Assembly (NCBI RefSeq): GCF_035594765.1
Contig: NC_085846.1
Location: forward strand, 30,491,190-30,555,189
Direction: 5' to 3'
Length of the DNA: 64,000 nucleotides
DNA from: Anolis carolinensis
Lineage: Eukaryota
Every line of letters starts with the position of its first letter. Within the stretch, counting starts at the first letter, position 1. The notes beneath the pieces were generated by a model that worked only from the letters and a program-made list of their open reading frames with translations, did no database searches and was not told where the DNA came from. Positions 61,669 through 64,000 of this stretch are shown here, piece by piece. The position numbers and the translations under genes were made by a program.

Positions 61669-62299
61669 ACATTTATTGTGCTTGATATTTTTTCAGAACC
61701 AGAAGGAGGTGAATTGATGTTTTGGGAGGTGAAGGTACATCCAGTAAGTAGCAGGTTCCCAAGGGCCCTGGAAACTTGGCCCCTGGAGCTTGCATTGGAA
61801 AAAGTGAGCCCGCCACCTTAGATATCTGCCAGAGGGCACAGCAATTACCCCCCCTCCCCTAAAAAAAACCCATCAATCACAACCAACTCAGCCTCATGCA
61901 TGGATATATTTGAGCTGTAAATGAAAAATTATGGCTGGAATCCTGTGTCAGATATTTTGTTAATGAAATTAAGTAACATTTCCTGTGACAGAAACCGCAT
62001 TCACTCATGCTCCAAAATGGATCTCTCTCCCTCAATACTATATCCCCCCCCCCCAATTAAATAGGGAAGCCACGTTCGTGGCAATTGCGTCGCATTCATG
62101 ATTAAGTAGCAATTGTGAATATGAAGTAATTATGGATGAGTAAAGCTAGGCAACTGCTTTGTATTCTCAAACACTAGTTAGTCATGATTGTAATACTACG
62201 GGAACAAACATAATGACTCTCCAATCTATTTTATTAGGCATCAGATGCATGGGGAGAAGGCATACATTCACAGAATTGGATCTAGAGTGTGTTGGGGAT

Positions 62300-63268
62300 T
62301 GTGGATGATAGGTAGAAGCTCTTACATGTGCCCATGAACCCAGAGTCACCCTGCAGAATGATCCACCACTCAGGATTGCAGAACAAATAACACAGGAACT
62401 TTTACTAGGTCCAAGAGATCAGGAGAACAATGGTATTTACAATAGTCCCTCTGATAGCTTACAGAAATCAGCAGTCATACGCCATCCTTTCTTAGTCTAT
62501 ACATCTGCTTCAGTGAAGATCAGCAGCAAACAAGGCCTCAGAAATGGTCAGGCCTCTCTGAGTACAGAGCCATCTTTCTTCCAGCCACTTTGTAGACTCC
62601 CAGAGAGAGACAGAGAGAGACAGAGAGAAACCAACCTGTTCAAACCGATTCTCCAGCAGCAGGACAGCAACAGTTGCAAACTGATTCCCAGGTCCTTGCA
62701 AACTCAGCCAATCGGCTTCATGCATTTGATTTTCCAGTTAATCTATATATATATAAAAGGGTAATGAAATTTCGGCCTAGGACAAAACAACAAAACTACA
62801 CATCCCAGAAATACTAAACTTGGCACCACAACCCCTCATCCATGCTTCTACGTTCATACAACAAAAAGAAAATAAAAATAAAGTCCTAATTAGAGGGAGA
62901 GGAATAATTGTTTTTATCCAATTGCTGCCAGTTAGAAGGCTAAGCTCCGCCCACGTGGTCTCCTAGCAGCCCAATCAGCTCAGGGGACAGGCAGAGTTAG
63001 GCCTCACTTAGGCCTCTTCCACACTGCCTATAAAATATAGATTATCTGATTTTAACTGGATTATATGGCAGTGTAGACTCAAGGCCCTTCCACACAGCTA
63101 TATAACCCATATATAATGGACTTAATGTCAGGGGAAAACCTTTACCCTTTACCTTAATTACCACCAATTCCTCAATACTTTATTTCACATACCACCATAC
63201 TTCGCCACAGCAATGCATGGCCGGGCACAGCTAGTATACATATAAGTATCTTTGCAAACCATGACATA
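62300..63268 (-). repeat. Dispersed LTR-like repeat, copy 2, split by a Helitron
   Basis: Homologous to 10650-11079; resumes tttgcaaaccatgaca at 63251. Confidence 0.6.
62742..63234 (+). mobile_element. Non-autonomous Helitron
   Basis: A|TC start, CTAG|T end, subterminal GCCA…TGGC hairpin, no TSD. Confidence 0.85.
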
Positions 63269-64000
63269 ATGCAACTAGGTTGGCAGAAGCTGACTTCTTC
63301 AGTCCCTCTGCTTCTTGACCCTTTGGTCCTCTGCAAATGATACAGAGGGGATATGGGAGCCTTGCTGGATGGAGTAGGTCTCCAAATTTTAAGTGTTTGA
63401 TGATGAGAGTGTTTCCATCAAAAGAAGGCAGATCTCGGCTCTGAGATGTATTTGCAGTTAAGGACTTTTTCAAACTATTTCTATGGAAGAAGTGGCAGAC
63501 CATTTGTACGAAAGAGATGTACCCTATCTTTGTTTGCAGTGATTGCTTACCTTTTTCAGGCACTAATGCTGGTCCTTCTGTTAGGGAGAGGAAAGGAACC
63601 ATCAAAAGCAAAGATAAGGCACACTCTTATGCCATTTGCTACTTCTTTCATAGCTATCTTCAAAAAATGAACAATCACAAAGATGAAAGCAGCAGATTCA
63701 GACAAGATGAGTGACAAAGGTGGGAGACGAAATCTAGTGAGACAAGATATATCAGGAAGTAGTGTCAAGGATCATGCATCAGGCCATGGAGGTCTTCCAA
63801 AATAACTTACCTTAGAACCAGGCACAAGCCAGAAGCTGATGTCGGGACCAGAGAAAGGACAATCAATATAGTGATTGACAAATTTGGCAAATGATTTTGA
63901 AATCAAGAAGGGTTCTCCTTCCAGAGAGTGATAAATCTGCCCTTCCACTTTTTCCTACATGTATACTTTTTGAATTTCAAAACTGTGAAAATATTTGTGA

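Overview
Vertebrate genomic DNA, almost certainly a squamate reptile (Anolis-like repeat content: Sauria SINEs, BovB, CR1 with (ATTCTATG)n tails, SPIN/OC1 hAT MITEs, Penelope, Vingi). The only host gene is the 3' part of ASIC2 (acid-sensing ion channel 2) on the + strand. It has 8 coding exons between 14864 and the stop at 56206, all with AG/GT boundaries and consistent phases; its upstream exons lie outside the window. The rest is intron or intergenic sequence full of often nested transposable elements, and nearly all listed ORFs are spurious or TE-derived. The most interesting signal is an RNA motif whose layout and much of whose sequence match the genomic HDV ribozyme. It sits at the 5' end of a twin-primed Vingi LINE (43649-43731) and is carried internally by 7 copies of a tRNA-headed SINE built from that LINE's two ends, where an upstream hairpin appears to silence it. 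Penelope hammerhead-ribozyme remnants, a three-level LINE nest, a cargo-carrying Helitron and an inverted young CR1 pair around exons are also present. Family names come from my recall of consensus features, not from database searches.
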